Part shown: in pieces, positions 10,209 through 20,472 of the stretch | How the letters are laid out: the number at the start of each line of letters is the position of its first letter | How positions within the stretch are numbered: the first letter of the stretch is position 1 | Assembly: GCA_040768685.1 (NCBI GenBank) | Contig: JAXGMM010000001.1 | Location: 1,322,691 to 1,386,690 of the forward strand | Source of the DNA: Anaerolineae bacterium | GTDB taxonomy: Bacteria; Chloroflexota; Anaerolineae; DRVO01 | Reading direction: 5' to 3' | DNA length: 64,000 nucleotides | Position numbers and translations under genes: made by a program | Notes under the pieces: generated by a model | Databases searched by the model: none | The model's input: only the letters and a program-made list of their open reading frames with translations | What the model was told of the DNA's origin: nothing

Positions 10209-11453
10209 TCACGTTCCCAGGACGGAGCGGTAAAGGGCGAGGGTCTTCTCTGCCATCCCGCCGACGCTGAAACTAGAGGCACGCTGCAAACCGCGCCGGA
10301 CGAGAGCGTCGCGCAGCTCGGGGTCGGATAGGACGCGCAGCAGGGCCACCGCCAGCCCTTCGTCGTCCTCCGGGCTTACCAAGAGGCCGGCGTCCCCCAC
10401 CACCTCCGGGAGCGCCGAGGTATTAGAGACGATCACCGGAGTGCCACAGGCCATAGCCTCCAGCGGCGGTAGACCGAAGCCTTCGTAGTGGCTGGGGTAG
10501 GCGAGCACTGAGGCCCCGTTATAGAGGGCGACCAGATCGCTGTCCGGGACGCGCCCGAGGAAGCGCACCGCTTCCTCGAGCTTGAGTTCTTCGTGGACGC
10601 GGAGGACGTCGTCATACAGCCAACCCCACTGGCCGACGACTGCCAGCACCAACTCGGTGTGATGCTGATCCTTGAGCCGGCGGATGGCACGCATCAGAGT
10701 TGTAAGGTTCTTTCGGGGCTCGATGGTGCCCACGAAGATGGCGTATTGCTCCGGGAGCTGGTAGCGGCGGCGAACCTCCGCCACTGGCTCGCGGTCATCC
10801 AGCAGGCGGTACGTGGGGCTGACGGCCTCGGGAATCACGGTGACGCGTTCCTCCGGAGCCCCCAGCAGGCGGATGATGTCGCGCTTCGTGGTCTCCGAGA
10901 CGGCAATGATGTGATCAGCGCTGCGGACAGCCTGGTCGATCTGGCCGTAGTAGCGAGCGCTCTCCCGGGTAAGCAGATGTGGGTAAAGCAGGAACGCCAA
11001 GTCGTGAACCGTGATGACGGACCGGAAGCTGCGGTGGAACAGAGGTATGAAGTCCGGGCTGTGCAGCAGGTCGAGCTGAAGCCGGCTGAGTTCCACCCGT
11101 AGCCCGAACTGCTCGAACCTGTTGTGCGGCGGCGTCCATAGCGGCACGGAGGAGAAGTGGGTCTTCGGCAGATCCGCGTCCACCTGCCTGCGGCTCCGGA
11201 GAATAAGGAGATCCTCGGGCGGTTCCAGCCTGTCGAGGCCCTCAAGCAGCCTCAGGATGTACTGGCTGATGCCGGCCTTGCGATAGTGCAGCAGTCGAGC
11301 GTCTAGGGCGATTCGCATGGGGATTCGGTCGCTAGTCCTCGGCACATCGCTTCCACGTGTGCGCATTATAGCGAGGGGTCGGCGAGCACGCCAGAGGTGC
11401 CTCTGGCGTGGCTCTGGGACGGACTCTATAATCTCGCCATGCCCTTTGTCCAC
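10209..11453 (-). CDS. Glycosyltransferase family 4 (GT-B, group 1)
   Basis: [20 protein letters not shown] signature. Confidence 0.85.
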   Translation of the reverse strand: MDKGHGEIIESVPEPRQRHLWRARRPLAIMRTRGSDVPRTSDRIPMRIALDARLLHYRKAGISQYILRLLEGLDRLEPPEDLLILRSRRQVDADLPKTHFSSVPLWTPPHNRFEQFGLRVELSRLQLDLLHSPDFIPLFHRSFRSVITVHDLAFLLYPHLLTRESARYYGQIDQAVRSADHIIAVSETTKRDIIRLLGAPEERVTVIPEAVSPTYRLLDDREPVAEVRRRYQLPEQYAIFVGTIEPRKNLTTLMRAIRRLKDQHHTELVLAVVGQWGWLYDDVLRVHEELKLEEAVRFLGRVPDSDLVALYNGASVLAYPSHYEGFGLPPLEAMACGTPVIVSNTSALPEVVGDAGLLVSPEDDEGLAVALLRVLSDPELRDALVRRGLQRASSFSVGGMAEKTLALYRSVLGT

Positions 11454-11822
11454 ACGCGGACCTCCCCCGTCCGGCGGCTAGCCCAGGTGGATTCCCGTTT
11501 CCAAACACTGTCCGTGGGGTCTCCGACTGACGCTACGTTCGGCGGGACGGCGCAACCGCTCGGGGCGATGCAGCAGGTGGAGCTGCTGCGCGCGGGAGCC
11601 GGCCAGGACCTGATGCGGTGGGCGGAGAGCTGGTTCGAGTGCAACTACACGGTCTTCGTGTACCTTGCCGATGCCTCCGGGCGACTATCGGCCGGGCGCC
11701 TACCGGCTAGTAGCCGGGGTGTACGAGGCCGATGAGGTGAGGTACCCTCGTCTTTCCGTGAGCAGTGCGAGCCCGGTGGCCGGTCCCGACTGGGCGCCGA
11801 TATCCGAGATTGAGGTCGTGCA

Positions 11823-12833
11823 ATGAGCAACTGGAGCGATGCCGGGCTGGCCGAGGCCTTTCGGGGAAGCAGAGTCATGATCACCGGGGGCCTGGGCTTC
11901 ATCGGCAGCAACCTTGCCATCGCGCTGGTGGATCTTGGGGCGGACGTCCTTCTGGTGGACTCCTTGATACCCCGCTATGGCGGCAACGTGCACAACATCG
12001 CACCCGTCCGGGATCGCGTCCGGGTCAATATCGCGGACGTGCGCGACGAGTACAGCATGAACCATCTGGTCCAGGGCCGGGACTTCATCTTCAACCTCGC
12101 AGGTCAGGTCAGTCATCTTGACTCCATGCAGGACCCTTACACGGACCTGGACATCAACTGCCGTAGCCAGCTATCCATCCTGGAGGCGTGCCGCAAGCAC
12201 AACCCCGGAGTCAAGGTAGTGTACTCCGGTACCAGGCAGCAGTACGGCAAGCCGGACTACTTGCCGGTGGATGAGCGGCACCTAATGCATCCCACCGACG
12301 TGAACGGCATCAACAAGATGGCGGGCGAGTGGTACCACATCGTCTACAACAACGTCTACGGCATCCGTGCCTGCAGCCTGCGGTTGACCAACACCTACGG
12401 CCCGCGCATGCGCATCGCAGATGCTCGCCAGACCTTCGTGGGTTGGTGGTTGCGCTTGGTTGTGGAGGATCGAGAGATCGAGATCTATGGCGACGGGTCG
12501 CAACTGCGCGACTTCAACCACGTAGACGACGTGGTGCGGGCGTTTCTGATGGCCGCCTCTTGTGACGCCGCCGATGGTCGGGTCTTCAACCTGGGCTCGC
12601 CCGAACCAGTGTCGCTCCGGCAACTGGCCGAACTGCTGGTGGCGGCTCGGGGATCGGGCGACTGGCGGCTGGTGCCATGGCCGGCCGAACGCCGCGCCAT
12701 TGACATCGGCTCTTACTACGGCGACTATACGCGCGCCCGGGTGGAGTTGGGCTGGGAGCCGCAGATATCCTTGGCGGAAGGCCTGAAGTCAACCATCGAG
12801 TACTATCTGGCGAACCTGCCCTACTACGTCTGA
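11823..12833 (+). CDS. NAD-dependent nucleotide-sugar epimerase/dehydratase (extended SDR)
   Basis: ITGGLGFIGSNL Rossmann motif, YxxxK region (YGKPDY...). Confidence 0.85.
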   Translation: MSNWSDAGLAEAFRGSRVMITGGLGFIGSNLAIALVDLGADVLLVDSLIPRYGGNVHNIAPVRDRVRVNIADVRDEYSMNHLVQGRDFIFNLAGQVSHLDSMQDPYTDLDINCRSQLSILEACRKHNPGVKVVYSGTRQQYGKPDYLPVDERHLMHPTDVNGINKMAGEWYHIVYNNVYGIRACSLRLTNTYGPRMRIADARQTFVGWWLRLVVEDREIEIYGDGSQLRDFNHVDDVVRAFLMAASCDAADGRVFNLGSPEPVSLRQLAELLVAARGSGDWRLVPWPAERRAIDIGSYYGDYTRARVELGWEPQISLAEGLKSTIEYYLANLPYYV

Positions 12834-12890
12834 CATCGGAACCGGCTGTGCTCCAGCGCGCGCGGCCGACAGCCCTAGGGAGGACCCGGC

Positions 12891-14561
12891 ATGAAGATCG
12901 TCTCGGCGGCGCAGATGAGGCAGATGGAGCAGCAGGCAGACGCCGCCGGCCACACGTACGCGCAGATGATGGAGACTGCCGGTCTGCGGGCAGCTGAGGT
13001 TGCCCAGGAACTGCTACGCGAAAGAGGAGACCGCGGCAGCGTCGTCGTCCTCGTTGGGCCGGGCAACAACGGCGGCGACGGCCTGGTGGCAGCGCGCCAC
13101 CTGGCGCTCGCTGGCTACGCTGTCCATCTCTACCTGTCGCGCCCACGAGCTGAGGCTGATCCACAGTGGTGCGCTGTCGCTGGCCTGGGCATCACGCATA
13201 GCATTGGCGTTGGCGATCAGGTGTTGGAGGGGCTCAGACGGCACCTTGACGCCGCTTCGCTGGTGATCGATGCGCTCCTGGGAACGGGAGCGACGCTCCC
13301 CGTGCATGGGCCGGTGGCCGCCCTTCTGGCTACCCTCCAGGATTGGCACGTGAGCGCTCGCCTGCGAGCGCCCATGCTGCAGTGGCCGTGTCGCCCGAGT
13401 CCGTCCAGAGCCGCGCCGGTCACGCTGGCGGTGGACCTCCCATCGGGTCTGGACGCCGACTCCGGCCAAGTGGACCCGCTCACTCCGTCGGCGGACGTCA
13501 CCCTGACCATCGGCTCGCCCAAGGCCGGCCTGTTCCGCTTCCCGGGCGCGGAGCGGGTGGGAAGACTAGTGGTCGCGGACATCGGGCTCATGCACTCGCC
13601 CGCCGGACCCGATGACGTTGAGCTCCTGACCCCCGGTCTGATTGCTTCCGAGTTGCCGCTCCGGCCTAGGGACGGCCACAAGGGCACTTTCGGATCAGTG
13701 CTGGTGGTCGCCGGCTCGGGCAACTACGTGGGCGCGGCACTCCTGGCGGCGGCAGGCGCCGCGCGTGCCGGATGTGGACTGGTGACGTTGGCCGGTGTCT
13801 CGGCGGTGGTAGCGGCGGCGGATGCCGTAGTGCCCGAGGCGACCCGGCTGCACCTCCCGGGCGAGATGGGAGTGATCGGCCCGGGGGCGGCGGGGCTACT
13901 CCGCCGGGAGTGGTCGCGCTACCGGGCGCTTCTTGTCGGACCGGGCCTCACGCAAGAGAAACCGGCCGCAGAGTTCGTCAGCCGCCTGATCGGAGGGCAC
14001 GACGGTTCCGCACGAGACTCGGTTGGGTTCGTGCGCGGACCGGGCGTTGTCGGTGCGCCGGCACTCGCCAAGGACATGCCCCCGTTAGTCGTGGACGCCG
14101 ACGGCCTGAACCTGCTGGCGAAGGAGCCTCGGCTGCTCTCGGTGTTGCCGCCCATGAGCGTCATCACTCCGCACCCCGGCGAGATGGCGCGGCTGCTGGG
14201 ACGCGACGCCTCTGAGGTCCAGGCTGATCGCGTGGAGGCCGCTCGCGCCGCCTCTCGACACTGGGGCGTTGTTGTGGTCTTGAAGGGAGCGTTCACCGTG
14301 GTCGCTGCGCCCGATGGGCGCGTCTCGCTGGCTCCGTTCGCCAATCCGGCGCTGGCGAGTGCGGGCACGGGCGATGTGCTTGCCGGGGCTATCGCCTCCT
14401 TGCTGGCCCAGGGCTTGGAGCCGTATGCGGCCGCCCGCGTGGGGGTATATCTGCATGGACTTGCGGGGGAGATGGCGGCAGAGTCAACCGGAAGCGCCGG
14501 TGTACTGGCCACCGATCTTCTGGCGAAGCTGCCGCGCGCAAGGACGGCACTGCAGTTCTAG
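12891..14561 (+). CDS. nnr: Bifunctional NAD(P)H-hydrate repair enzyme Nnr (YjeF-N epimerase plus ADP-dependent dehydratase)
   Basis: N-terminal YjeF_N (VLVGPGNNGGDGLVAARHL) and C-terminal carbohydrate-kinase-like domain (GTGDVLAG). Confidence 0.9.
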   Translation: MKIVSAAQMRQMEQQADAAGHTYAQMMETAGLRAAEVAQELLRERGDRGSVVVLVGPGNNGGDGLVAARHLALAGYAVHLYLSRPRAEADPQWCAVAGLGITHSIGVGDQVLEGLRRHLDAASLVIDALLGTGATLPVHGPVAALLATLQDWHVSARLRAPMLQWPCRPSPSRAAPVTLAVDLPSGLDADSGQVDPLTPSADVTLTIGSPKAGLFRFPGAERVGRLVVADIGLMHSPAGPDDVELLTPGLIASELPLRPRDGHKGTFGSVLVVAGSGNYVGAALLAAAGAARAGCGLVTLAGVSAVVAAADAVVPEATRLHLPGEMGVIGPGAAGLLRREWSRYRALLVGPGLTQEKPAAEFVSRLIGGHDGSARDSVGFVRGPGVVGAPALAKDMPPLVVDADGLNLLAKEPRLLSVLPPMSVITPHPGEMARLLGRDASEVQADRVEAARAASRHWGVVVVLKGAFTVVAAPDGRVSLAPFANPALASAGTGDVLAGAIASLLAQGLEPYAAARVGVYLHGLAGEMAAESTGSAGVLATDLLAKLPRARTALQF

Positions 14562-14570
14562 GGAGGACTG

Positions 14571-15809
14571 ATGACGGACCTGGGCAATGCTCTGATGGCG
14601 CGAGTGGACCGCGACTTCGACTGGCTGGTGGCCTTTCAGCGCGATCTGCACGCTCACCCGGAGATGGGCTACGAGGAGCATCGCACGGCCGCCAAGGTGG
14701 CCGATGAACTGGAGAGGATCGGTCTGGAAGTCAGCACGGGCTGGCTAGGTACCGGAGTCACGGCGATGCTCAGGGGCGCGATGGATGGCCCCACCGTGGC
14801 GCTTCGTGTTGACATGGACGCCTTTCCCATTGAGGAGGCGGAGGGCCTGGAGTGGCGGTCCTGTAACCCGGGCGTGTCTCACGCATGCGGCCATGACGCT
14901 CACACCAGCATCGGGGTGGGCGTGGCCCGGGCGCTGGCGGCCGAGCGCGAGCGACTGCGCGGCACCGTGAAGCTCATCTTCCAGCCGGCTGAAGAGCGCC
15001 CTCGCGTCGAAAACGAGGGCGAGAAGCCCTACCTGGAGGGGGTGCGAGCCACCTCAGCCGCCGAACTCCTGGTGCGTGAGGGAATCCTCGACAGCCCGAA
15101 GGTTGCCGAGGTCTATGGGCTTCACCTCTGGCCGTGGCTTCTGGCCGGGCAGGTAGGCATCGAGGAGGGGCCGTCCATGGCGGGGGCAGCCAACTTCACC
15201 GCCAGCCTGTTCGGGCAGGGCTCCCATGCCGCTGCGCCCCACACGGGAGTCGATTCGATCGTGGCCGTCGCTCATGTCCTGTCCCTCATGCAGACGATCG
15301 TATCGCGGCAGACCCCTCCGGGCGAGCCGTTGGTGATCACCGTTGGGACCATCCGCGGCGGTGACCGCCGCAATGTGGTGGCCGATCGGGTCGACATAAC
15401 CGGGACGGTACGGAGCAACTCATCGGAGTTGATACGCGAGAGTGTACCGCAACAGATGCATGCGGTGCTGGACGGAGTCTGCCGGGCTCTGGGCGCTAGG
15501 TACGAGCTCGACTACTACCCACTTATCTTGCCCGTCATCAACGACGCCGCTCTCGCTCGTGCGTCTCGAGAGGTGGTATCGGCCGCGCTCGGAGAACAGG
15601 CGGTCGTCGCGACCCTGGATCGGGCCATGACAAGTGAGGATTTCGCCTGTTTCTCAAGTCGCGTGCCCGGTCTTTACATGAAGATCGGTTGTGGCTGGCG
15701 CGGCGAGGAGGTGATCCCTCTGCACAACCGCGCGTTCCGGTTCGACGAGGAGGCATTGCGAGTGGGCGCGAAGGCCATGGCTCTCACTCTTGCCTCCCGC
15801 CTGAGGTGA
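14571..15809 (+). CDS. M20D-family amidohydrolase (N-acyl-amino-acid amidohydrolase / hippurate hydrolase-like)
   Basis: HACGHDAHT metal-binding motif, overall M20 architecture. Confidence 0.85.
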   Translation: MTDLGNALMARVDRDFDWLVAFQRDLHAHPEMGYEEHRTAAKVADELERIGLEVSTGWLGTGVTAMLRGAMDGPTVALRVDMDAFPIEEAEGLEWRSCNPGVSHACGHDAHTSIGVGVARALAAERERLRGTVKLIFQPAEERPRVENEGEKPYLEGVRATSAAELLVREGILDSPKVAEVYGLHLWPWLLAGQVGIEEGPSMAGAANFTASLFGQGSHAAAPHTGVDSIVAVAHVLSLMQTIVSRQTPPGEPLVITVGTIRGGDRRNVVADRVDITGTVRSNSSELIRESVPQQMHAVLDGVCRALGARYELDYYPLILPVINDAALARASREVVSAALGEQAVVATLDRAMTSEDFACFSSRVPGLYMKIGCGWRGEEVIPLHNRAFRFDEEALRVGAKAMALTLASRLR

Positions 15810-15837
15810 TAGGTAGACCTACTCTGGAGGTACCCAC

Positions 15838-16845
15838 GTGGGGAGATTGAGACTGGCGGTGTTGGGCATGGGCGTGATGGGCACCAACCACGCCATTGTC
15901 TATCAGGGACTGGCGGAGGCGCAGTTGGCGGCCGCCGTGGAGACCAGCCCGGAGCGTGCCGACGACGTCCGCAACCGGTTTGGCGTCCCCGTCTTCGGTA
16001 GCGCCGAGCAACTGATAGCGGAGGCGGAGTTCGATGCGGCATCCATCTGTCTGCCCGACCAAGCCCACGTCGAGCCGGCGTTGGCGCTGGCCAAGGCCGG
16101 CAAGCACCTGTTGGTGGAGAAGCCCCTGGCTACCACGCTAGCCGGCTGCAACGCGATCATCAGTGCGGCAGAGAGCGCAGGCGTGAAGCTGATGGTGGGC
16201 TTCACCCTGCGCTTCGATCCCCGGTACTACTCGGTCCACGAAGCCGTCTCCCAGGGCGAGATCGGCGAGCCGGTGTATATGTACGCCCGCCGAAACAACC
16301 TGATCTCCGGGGCCCGCCGCCTTGCCGGTCGCGTTACCTTGCCCTTCTTCCTGCAGGTGCACGACATCGACGCCATGCGGTGGATGGGGGGCGCGGAGGT
16401 CACCCGCGTGTATGCTTGCGGCGTACGTAAGGTTCTGAACGACTTGGGCGTGGACGACGCGGTCGTGAGCACCCTGCAGTTCAGCGACGGGAGCATCGGC
16501 TGCGTCGAGAGCAACTGGATCTTGCCGGACTCTCTGCCTGGCCGGTTCGACTTCCGGCTGGAGGTCGTGGGCACCAAGGGTCGTGCCACCATCGACCTGG
16601 AGTCGCAAGGGGCGACGGTGCACAACGGCCAGCAGATGAGGGAAGTTGACCCCATGTTCCGGCCGGTGCTCTACGGCCAGCAGCCGCTGGTTCTCCGCGA
16701 GGAGCTGCACCACTTCGTCAAGTGCGTGCTTGAGGACAAGACCCCGGTGGTGGGCGGCGCCGACGGCAGGGCGGCGACGGCCGTCGCACTGGCCATTGAG
16801 GAATCGCTCCGGCTGGGGCAGCCGGTAGACGTCAAGTACTCGTAG
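15838..16845 (+). CDS. Gfo/Idh/MocA-family NAD(P)-dependent oxidoreductase
   Basis: LAVLGMGVMGTNHA Rossmann N-terminus, EKPLA motif. Confidence 0.85.
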   Translation: MGRLRLAVLGMGVMGTNHAIVYQGLAEAQLAAAVETSPERADDVRNRFGVPVFGSAEQLIAEAEFDAASICLPDQAHVEPALALAKAGKHLLVEKPLATTLAGCNAIISAAESAGVKLMVGFTLRFDPRYYSVHEAVSQGEIGEPVYMYARRNNLISGARRLAGRVTLPFFLQVHDIDAMRWMGGAEVTRVYACGVRKVLNDLGVDDAVVSTLQFSDGSIGCVESNWILPDSLPGRFDFRLEVVGTKGRATIDLESQGATVHNGQQMREVDPMFRPVLYGQQPLVLREELHHFVKCVLEDKTPVVGGADGRAATAVALAIEESLRLGQPVDVKYS

Positions 16846-16860
16846 GAGTGCGGGAACGCC

Positions 16861-16889
16861 GAGGGGGCCGGCGCTGCGCCGGCCCTCTC
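16861..16889. terminator. Probable bidirectional terminator hairpin between convergent genes (13-bp stem, one mismatch, loop ctg)
   Basis: gagggggccggcg ctg cgccggccctctc, located between the stop codons at 16845 (+) and 16913 (-). Confidence 0.4.
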
Positions 16890-16912
16890 GCTTGTCCAGG
16901 CGAACTCGAGGG

Positions 16913-17251
16913 TCAGGCTTCTGCGGCTTTGCGCTTGGCGGCCTCGAGCCCTTCACGGGCGCGATCGCTGACTTCCGCCACTACTGCCTCGGCCTGTCCG
17001 CGGCCCTCGGAGACTGCCTGCTCAACCTTCTGTAGCTTCTCCTCAGCGACCTCGACGGCTCTCTTCTGCAACTCCTGGGCGCGCGTCTGCGCCTCATCCG
17101 TGAGGTCCACGGCGCGCGACCTCAGCTCGATGCCTCGCGCCCGGATGTCCTTCCGCATCTCATGGCCCGACTCGGGTGCGCTGAGAAGGGCGGCCACGAA
17201 GCCCGCCACGCTACCCAGGAAGAAACCCAACCAGAATCCCTTGCTATTCAT
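16913..17251 (-). CDS. YtxH-like small membrane-anchored protein with an Ala/Glu-rich coiled coil
   Basis: N-terminal TM helix (FWLGFFLGSVAGFVAALL) followed by a charged helical region; resembles YtxH/DUF948-type general stress proteins. Confidence 0.55.
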   Translation of the reverse strand: MNSKGFWLGFFLGSVAGFVAALLSAPESGHEMRKDIRARGIELRSRAVDLTDEAQTRAQELQKRAVEVAEEKLQKVEQAVSEGRGQAEAVVAEVSDRAREGLEAAKRKAAEA

Positions 17252-17273
17252 GAAACCTTGCCTCCGTGACAGG

Positions 17274-17564
17274 CTACGGCGAACTGCGCCGCGTGCTGAA
17301 GACGATCTGCGCGGCTCGCCTGGCGGCTGAACCCAGCGACGCCACTTTGATCATCGGCCGAACCACGCTCTCGCCCACGAAGTCGGTAGTCCCCTTCACG
17401 ATGGTGACGGTCTCGTTGGCCGCATCCAGCATGGGGGCGATCTCGTCCTTCAGCAGGCGCACTAGGCTCCTGAGCTGCAGGAGCGTCAGTATGAGGGTGA
17501 TACCGATGATGATGGACTCGAGTGCTAAGACCACCAGAGCGAGGTCGCGGACATCGGACAACAA
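17274..17564 (-). CDS. DUF948-family small membrane protein
   Basis: Single N-terminal TM helix, then a helical region; adjacent to the YtxH-like gene, as in ytxG/ytxH-type stress operons. Confidence 0.55.
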   Translation of the reverse strand: MLSDVRDLALVVLALESIIIGITLILTLLQLRSLVRLLKDEIAPMLDAANETVTIVKGTTDFVGESVVRPMIKVASLGSAARRAAQIVFSTRRSSP

Positions 17565-17615
17565 GGCGACACCTCCACAAGCAGCGCAGGCCCAACCTGC
17601 CCGGTCGCCAGTATA

Positions 17616-17900
17616 CTAGAGGCGACTAGCCCTGACAATGGACATCGCGGCCAGGCTGACGATGGCGCCCTCGATGGGGTGGAGCAGGCCCAGCTCCGGC
17701 AGGCGCACGGGCAGAATCCCGGCCAGGAGCTGTCCGGCCAGAAACCCAACCACACTCGCAACCCAGAGGTACGCAAGCTGCCGCAGGGACTGGCCGAGAA
17801 CCAGGTGGTAGGCTGCCGCCAGCAGGGTGGCGATGACCAGACCGAAGACGAACGCGGGTGCAGTCACGCGCCCGCTCCCTGCAACCGAGACAGGCTGCAC
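17616..17900 (-). CDS. Small integral membrane protein (three predicted TM helices), function unknown
   Basis: 94 aa, hydrophobic throughout, GC3-rich codon usage. Same strand and tight spacing with the two upstream small membrane proteins. Confidence 0.4.
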   Translation of the reverse strand: MQPVSVAGSGRVTAPAFVFGLVIATLLAAAYHLVLGQSLRQLAYLWVASVVGFLAGQLLAGILPVRLPELGLLHPIEGAIVSLAAMSIVRASRL

Positions 17901-17958
17901 ATGAGGGGCAAACTGCCCAAGGCTCTAGAGTGCCGGGTTGTTCGGTCCATGTTGTGGT

Positions 17959-18357
17959 CTAGCCAGGCTCGCCGGCGCCATCAGCGGAGTCTTCACGATG
18001 CTTCATGTAGTCCTTGATTGCCTCGTGGAGTGCGTCGGCGGCGAGATTGCTGCAGTGCATCTTGTTGGGCGGCAGTCCATCGAGGGCCTGCGCCACTGCC
18101 CGGTTGGTGAGGGCAAGCGCCTCGTCTATGGTCTTCCCTAGGACCAACTCGGTGGTGATGCTGCTGGTCGCGATCGCAGAGCCGCAGCCGAAGGTGCGGA
18201 ACTTCACGTCGACCAGGCGGCCGTCCTCGACCTTGATGGTCATTTCCATGATGTCTCCGCAGACGGGGTTACCTACCCTGCCGGTGCCATCGGCGTCTTC
18301 CACCACCCCGACGTTCCGGGGATTGCGGAAGTGGTCCATGACCTTGTCACTGTACAC
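17959..18357 (-). CDS. iscU: Fe-S cluster assembly scaffold IscU/NifU-like
   Basis: GNPVCGD, FRTFGCGSAIA, HCSNLAADAL conserved cysteines and motifs. Confidence 0.9.
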   Translation of the reverse strand: MYSDKVMDHFRNPRNVGVVEDADGTGRVGNPVCGDIMEMTIKVEDGRLVDVKFRTFGCGSAIATSSITTELVLGKTIDEALALTNRAVAQALDGLPPNKMHCSNLAADALHEAIKDYMKHREDSADGAGEPG

Positions 18358-18363
18358 TGCGAT

Positions 18364-19281
18364 TCAACCTCCTGATCCCAGGCCGAACACACGGATCCCG
18401 GACCGCACGGCTCCCGGTTTGAGATCGAACGCCATCGACATCTCCACGTGGGCGGCAAACCCACACTGGTCGCAGGCTATGGGGCCGCGTCCCGTGAGGT
18501 AACAGCCCTGACGAACGGTGCCGTCCGGCTCGGCGCTAGCCACCAACCACGGATGACAGCGCCACCCCGGCGCTGCCAGCGCGCGCAACGCCCCCGCCGA
18601 GTCCAGCAAGGGATATCCCGCACGCTTCATCTCAAGCAACCGCTCCAAGACGCCCCGGCGTGTTTCCCAGGGGACGAACAATGTACTGTCGCCCTCGTAG
18701 GGGTAGTAGAACTGGATGGTGATGCCCCGGACCCGGCGCGAGAGCTCCTCCACTAGTGCCGGCACCTCGTCCGCGTTGAGCGCGCTTATCGTGATGTTCG
18801 CATAGATTCGCTGGTGCTGCGAGTTTGCAATGCCGGCCATCTGGCGATGGAAGATCGGCCCCCGAATGGCCTTGGTGGTCTCCTCGAGGCCGTCGACGCT
18901 CACCCAGACAACATCGGCGTTCTCCGGCAAGGGCAGTGTCCCGTTGGTCACCACGCCTACGAACCAGAATGACCGCTTGGCGTAAGCGATGACCTCGCGG
19001 AGCCCGTGGTCGCCGTCCTGCCAGAGAAGCGGCTCGCCGCCCTCCAGGATCAGGATACGCGCACCGATACCGTGCAGCCGATCTACAACCGTTAGGGCCT
19101 GGTCAAGGGTTGGTTCCGGCCCGCCGATCTGCCAGTACGGGCAGTGGCGACAGCGCAGGTTGCACCGATGGGTCACCTTGTAGCCCGCCAGCAGCGGCCG
19201 CCTTCGTCCCAGCAGCCGAGCTTCGACCTCGCGCAGCGGGAACCCGAAGAAGGGCCGGAGGGCTCTTACGGCGTTGCGCAC
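18364..19281 (-). CDS. Radical SAM protein with SPASM/twitch-like C-terminal cysteines, embedded in the isc operon
   Basis: HRCNLRCRHCPYW CxxxCxxC motif, C-terminal C-x10-C-x2-C. 3-prime end overlaps the iscS start by 16 nt and the stop lies 6 nt upstream of iscU. Confidence 0.8.
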   Translation of the reverse strand: MRNAVRALRPFFGFPLREVEARLLGRRRPLLAGYKVTHRCNLRCRHCPYWQIGGPEPTLDQALTVVDRLHGIGARILILEGGEPLLWQDGDHGLREVIAYAKRSFWFVGVVTNGTLPLPENADVVWVSVDGLEETTKAIRGPIFHRQMAGIANSQHQRIYANITISALNADEVPALVEELSRRVRGITIQFYYPYEGDSTLFVPWETRRGVLERLLEMKRAGYPLLDSAGALRALAAPGWRCHPWLVASAEPDGTVRQGCYLTGRGPIACDQCGFAAHVEMSMAFDLKPGAVRSGIRVFGLGSGG

Positions 19282-20471
19282 TCTGTCGCTCGGCCCGGCG
19301 CCAGCGGGCTCATGGCTCGCAGCCGCTGGACGATGCCCGGCAGCACCTCAAGCACCCGATCCACCTGAGCATCGGTGCTGCTGTGCCCCAGAGTAAGGCG
19401 CAGGCTCCCGTGCGCCAACTCGTGCGGAATGCCCATGGCCAGCAGGACTCCGGACGGCTCCAGGGCGCCGGACGTGCATGCCGACCCGCTGCTGGCCGCT
19501 ACGTCCTCCATGTCGAGGCTTAGCAGGATGGACTCGCCTTCAATGTAGCGAAAGACGAAACTGGCGCTATTCGGCAGGCGCAGCCGAGGGTGGCCGGTCA
19601 ACCTGGAGTCGGGAATCGTTGCCAGCACGCCCCGGATGAGGCGGTCCCGCAGGCGCCCAAGGCGCTTGCTCTCCTCCTCGCGCTCTGCTTGCGCCAGGCC
19701 CAGCGCGGTGGCCAGTCCGACAATGCCGGCCACGTTCTCAGTGCCCGCGCGACGGTTGCGTTCCTGCCCTCCGCCCGTCAGGGTGGCGACAAAGGGGGTG
19801 CCGCGCCGAACGTAGAGGACGCCTACGCCCTTGGGCCCGTAGAACTTGTGCGCCGAGAGGGAAAGGGCGTCCACTCCAAGCTCATTCACGTCCAGACTCA
19901 GCAGGCCGGCCGCCTGCACGGCGTCGGTGTGGAGAGGCACTGAACGAGCATGAGCGATGGCGGCCAGTTCCTCCAAAGGCTCGATTGTTCCGACCTCATT
20001 GTTGGCGTACATGATGCTTACGAGGGCGGTGTCATCGCGCAGGGCTGCTTCCAGATCAGAGGGGCGGACCATGGCGTGCTCGTCGACGGGAAGGTAGGTG
20101 GCCTCGAATCCGAAGTACTTCTCCATCCACTCCACCGTGTGCAGCACGGCGTGATGCTCGACGGCCGAGGTTACGATGTGCTTGCGGCCTCTCCGTTGCT
20201 GCTGTGCGAGGCCGATGCCCCGCAGAGCAGCGTTATCCGCCTCGGTGCCGCCGGAGGTGAAGTACACCTCCTCTGGCAGGCAGTTGAGAATGGAGGCAAC
20301 CTGCTCCCGCGCGTGTCTCAGGGCCGCCGCGGCCTCCCGTCCGGTCCCGTAGATGCTGGAGGGGTTGCCGAACCGCTCCGTTAGGTAGGGAACCATAGCG
20401 TCCACCACTCTGGGATCGACCGGAGTGGTTGCCGCGTGGTCCAGGTAGATCAGACTGCTTGTAGCCGACAT
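19266..20471 (-). CDS. iscS: Cysteine desulfurase (NifS/IscS, class V aminotransferase)
   Basis: LSAHKFYGPKGVGVLYV PLP-lysine region, SGSACTSG active-site cysteine loop. Confidence 0.9.
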   Translation of the reverse strand: MSATSSLIYLDHAATTPVDPRVVDAMVPYLTERFGNPSSIYGTGREAAAALRHAREQVASILNCLPEEVYFTSGGTEADNAALRGIGLAQQQRRGRKHIVTSAVEHHAVLHTVEWMEKYFGFEATYLPVDEHAMVRPSDLEAALRDDTALVSIMYANNEVGTIEPLEELAAIAHARSVPLHTDAVQAAGLLSLDVNELGVDALSLSAHKFYGPKGVGVLYVRRGTPFVATLTGGGQERNRRAGTENVAGIVGLATALGLAQAEREEESKRLGRLRDRLIRGVLATIPDSRLTGHPRLRLPNSASFVFRYIEGESILLSLDMEDVAASSGSACTSGALEPSGVLLAMGIPHELAHGSLRLTLGHSSTDAQVDRVLEVLPGIVQRLRAMSPLAPGRATECATP

Positions 20472-20472
20472 T

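Noticed and set aside
16848-17330. 160-aa plus-strand ORF across the YtxH-like gene region.
   Set aside because: It is antisense to two small membrane-protein genes with coherent features; its translation is Ala/Arg/Ser low complexity.
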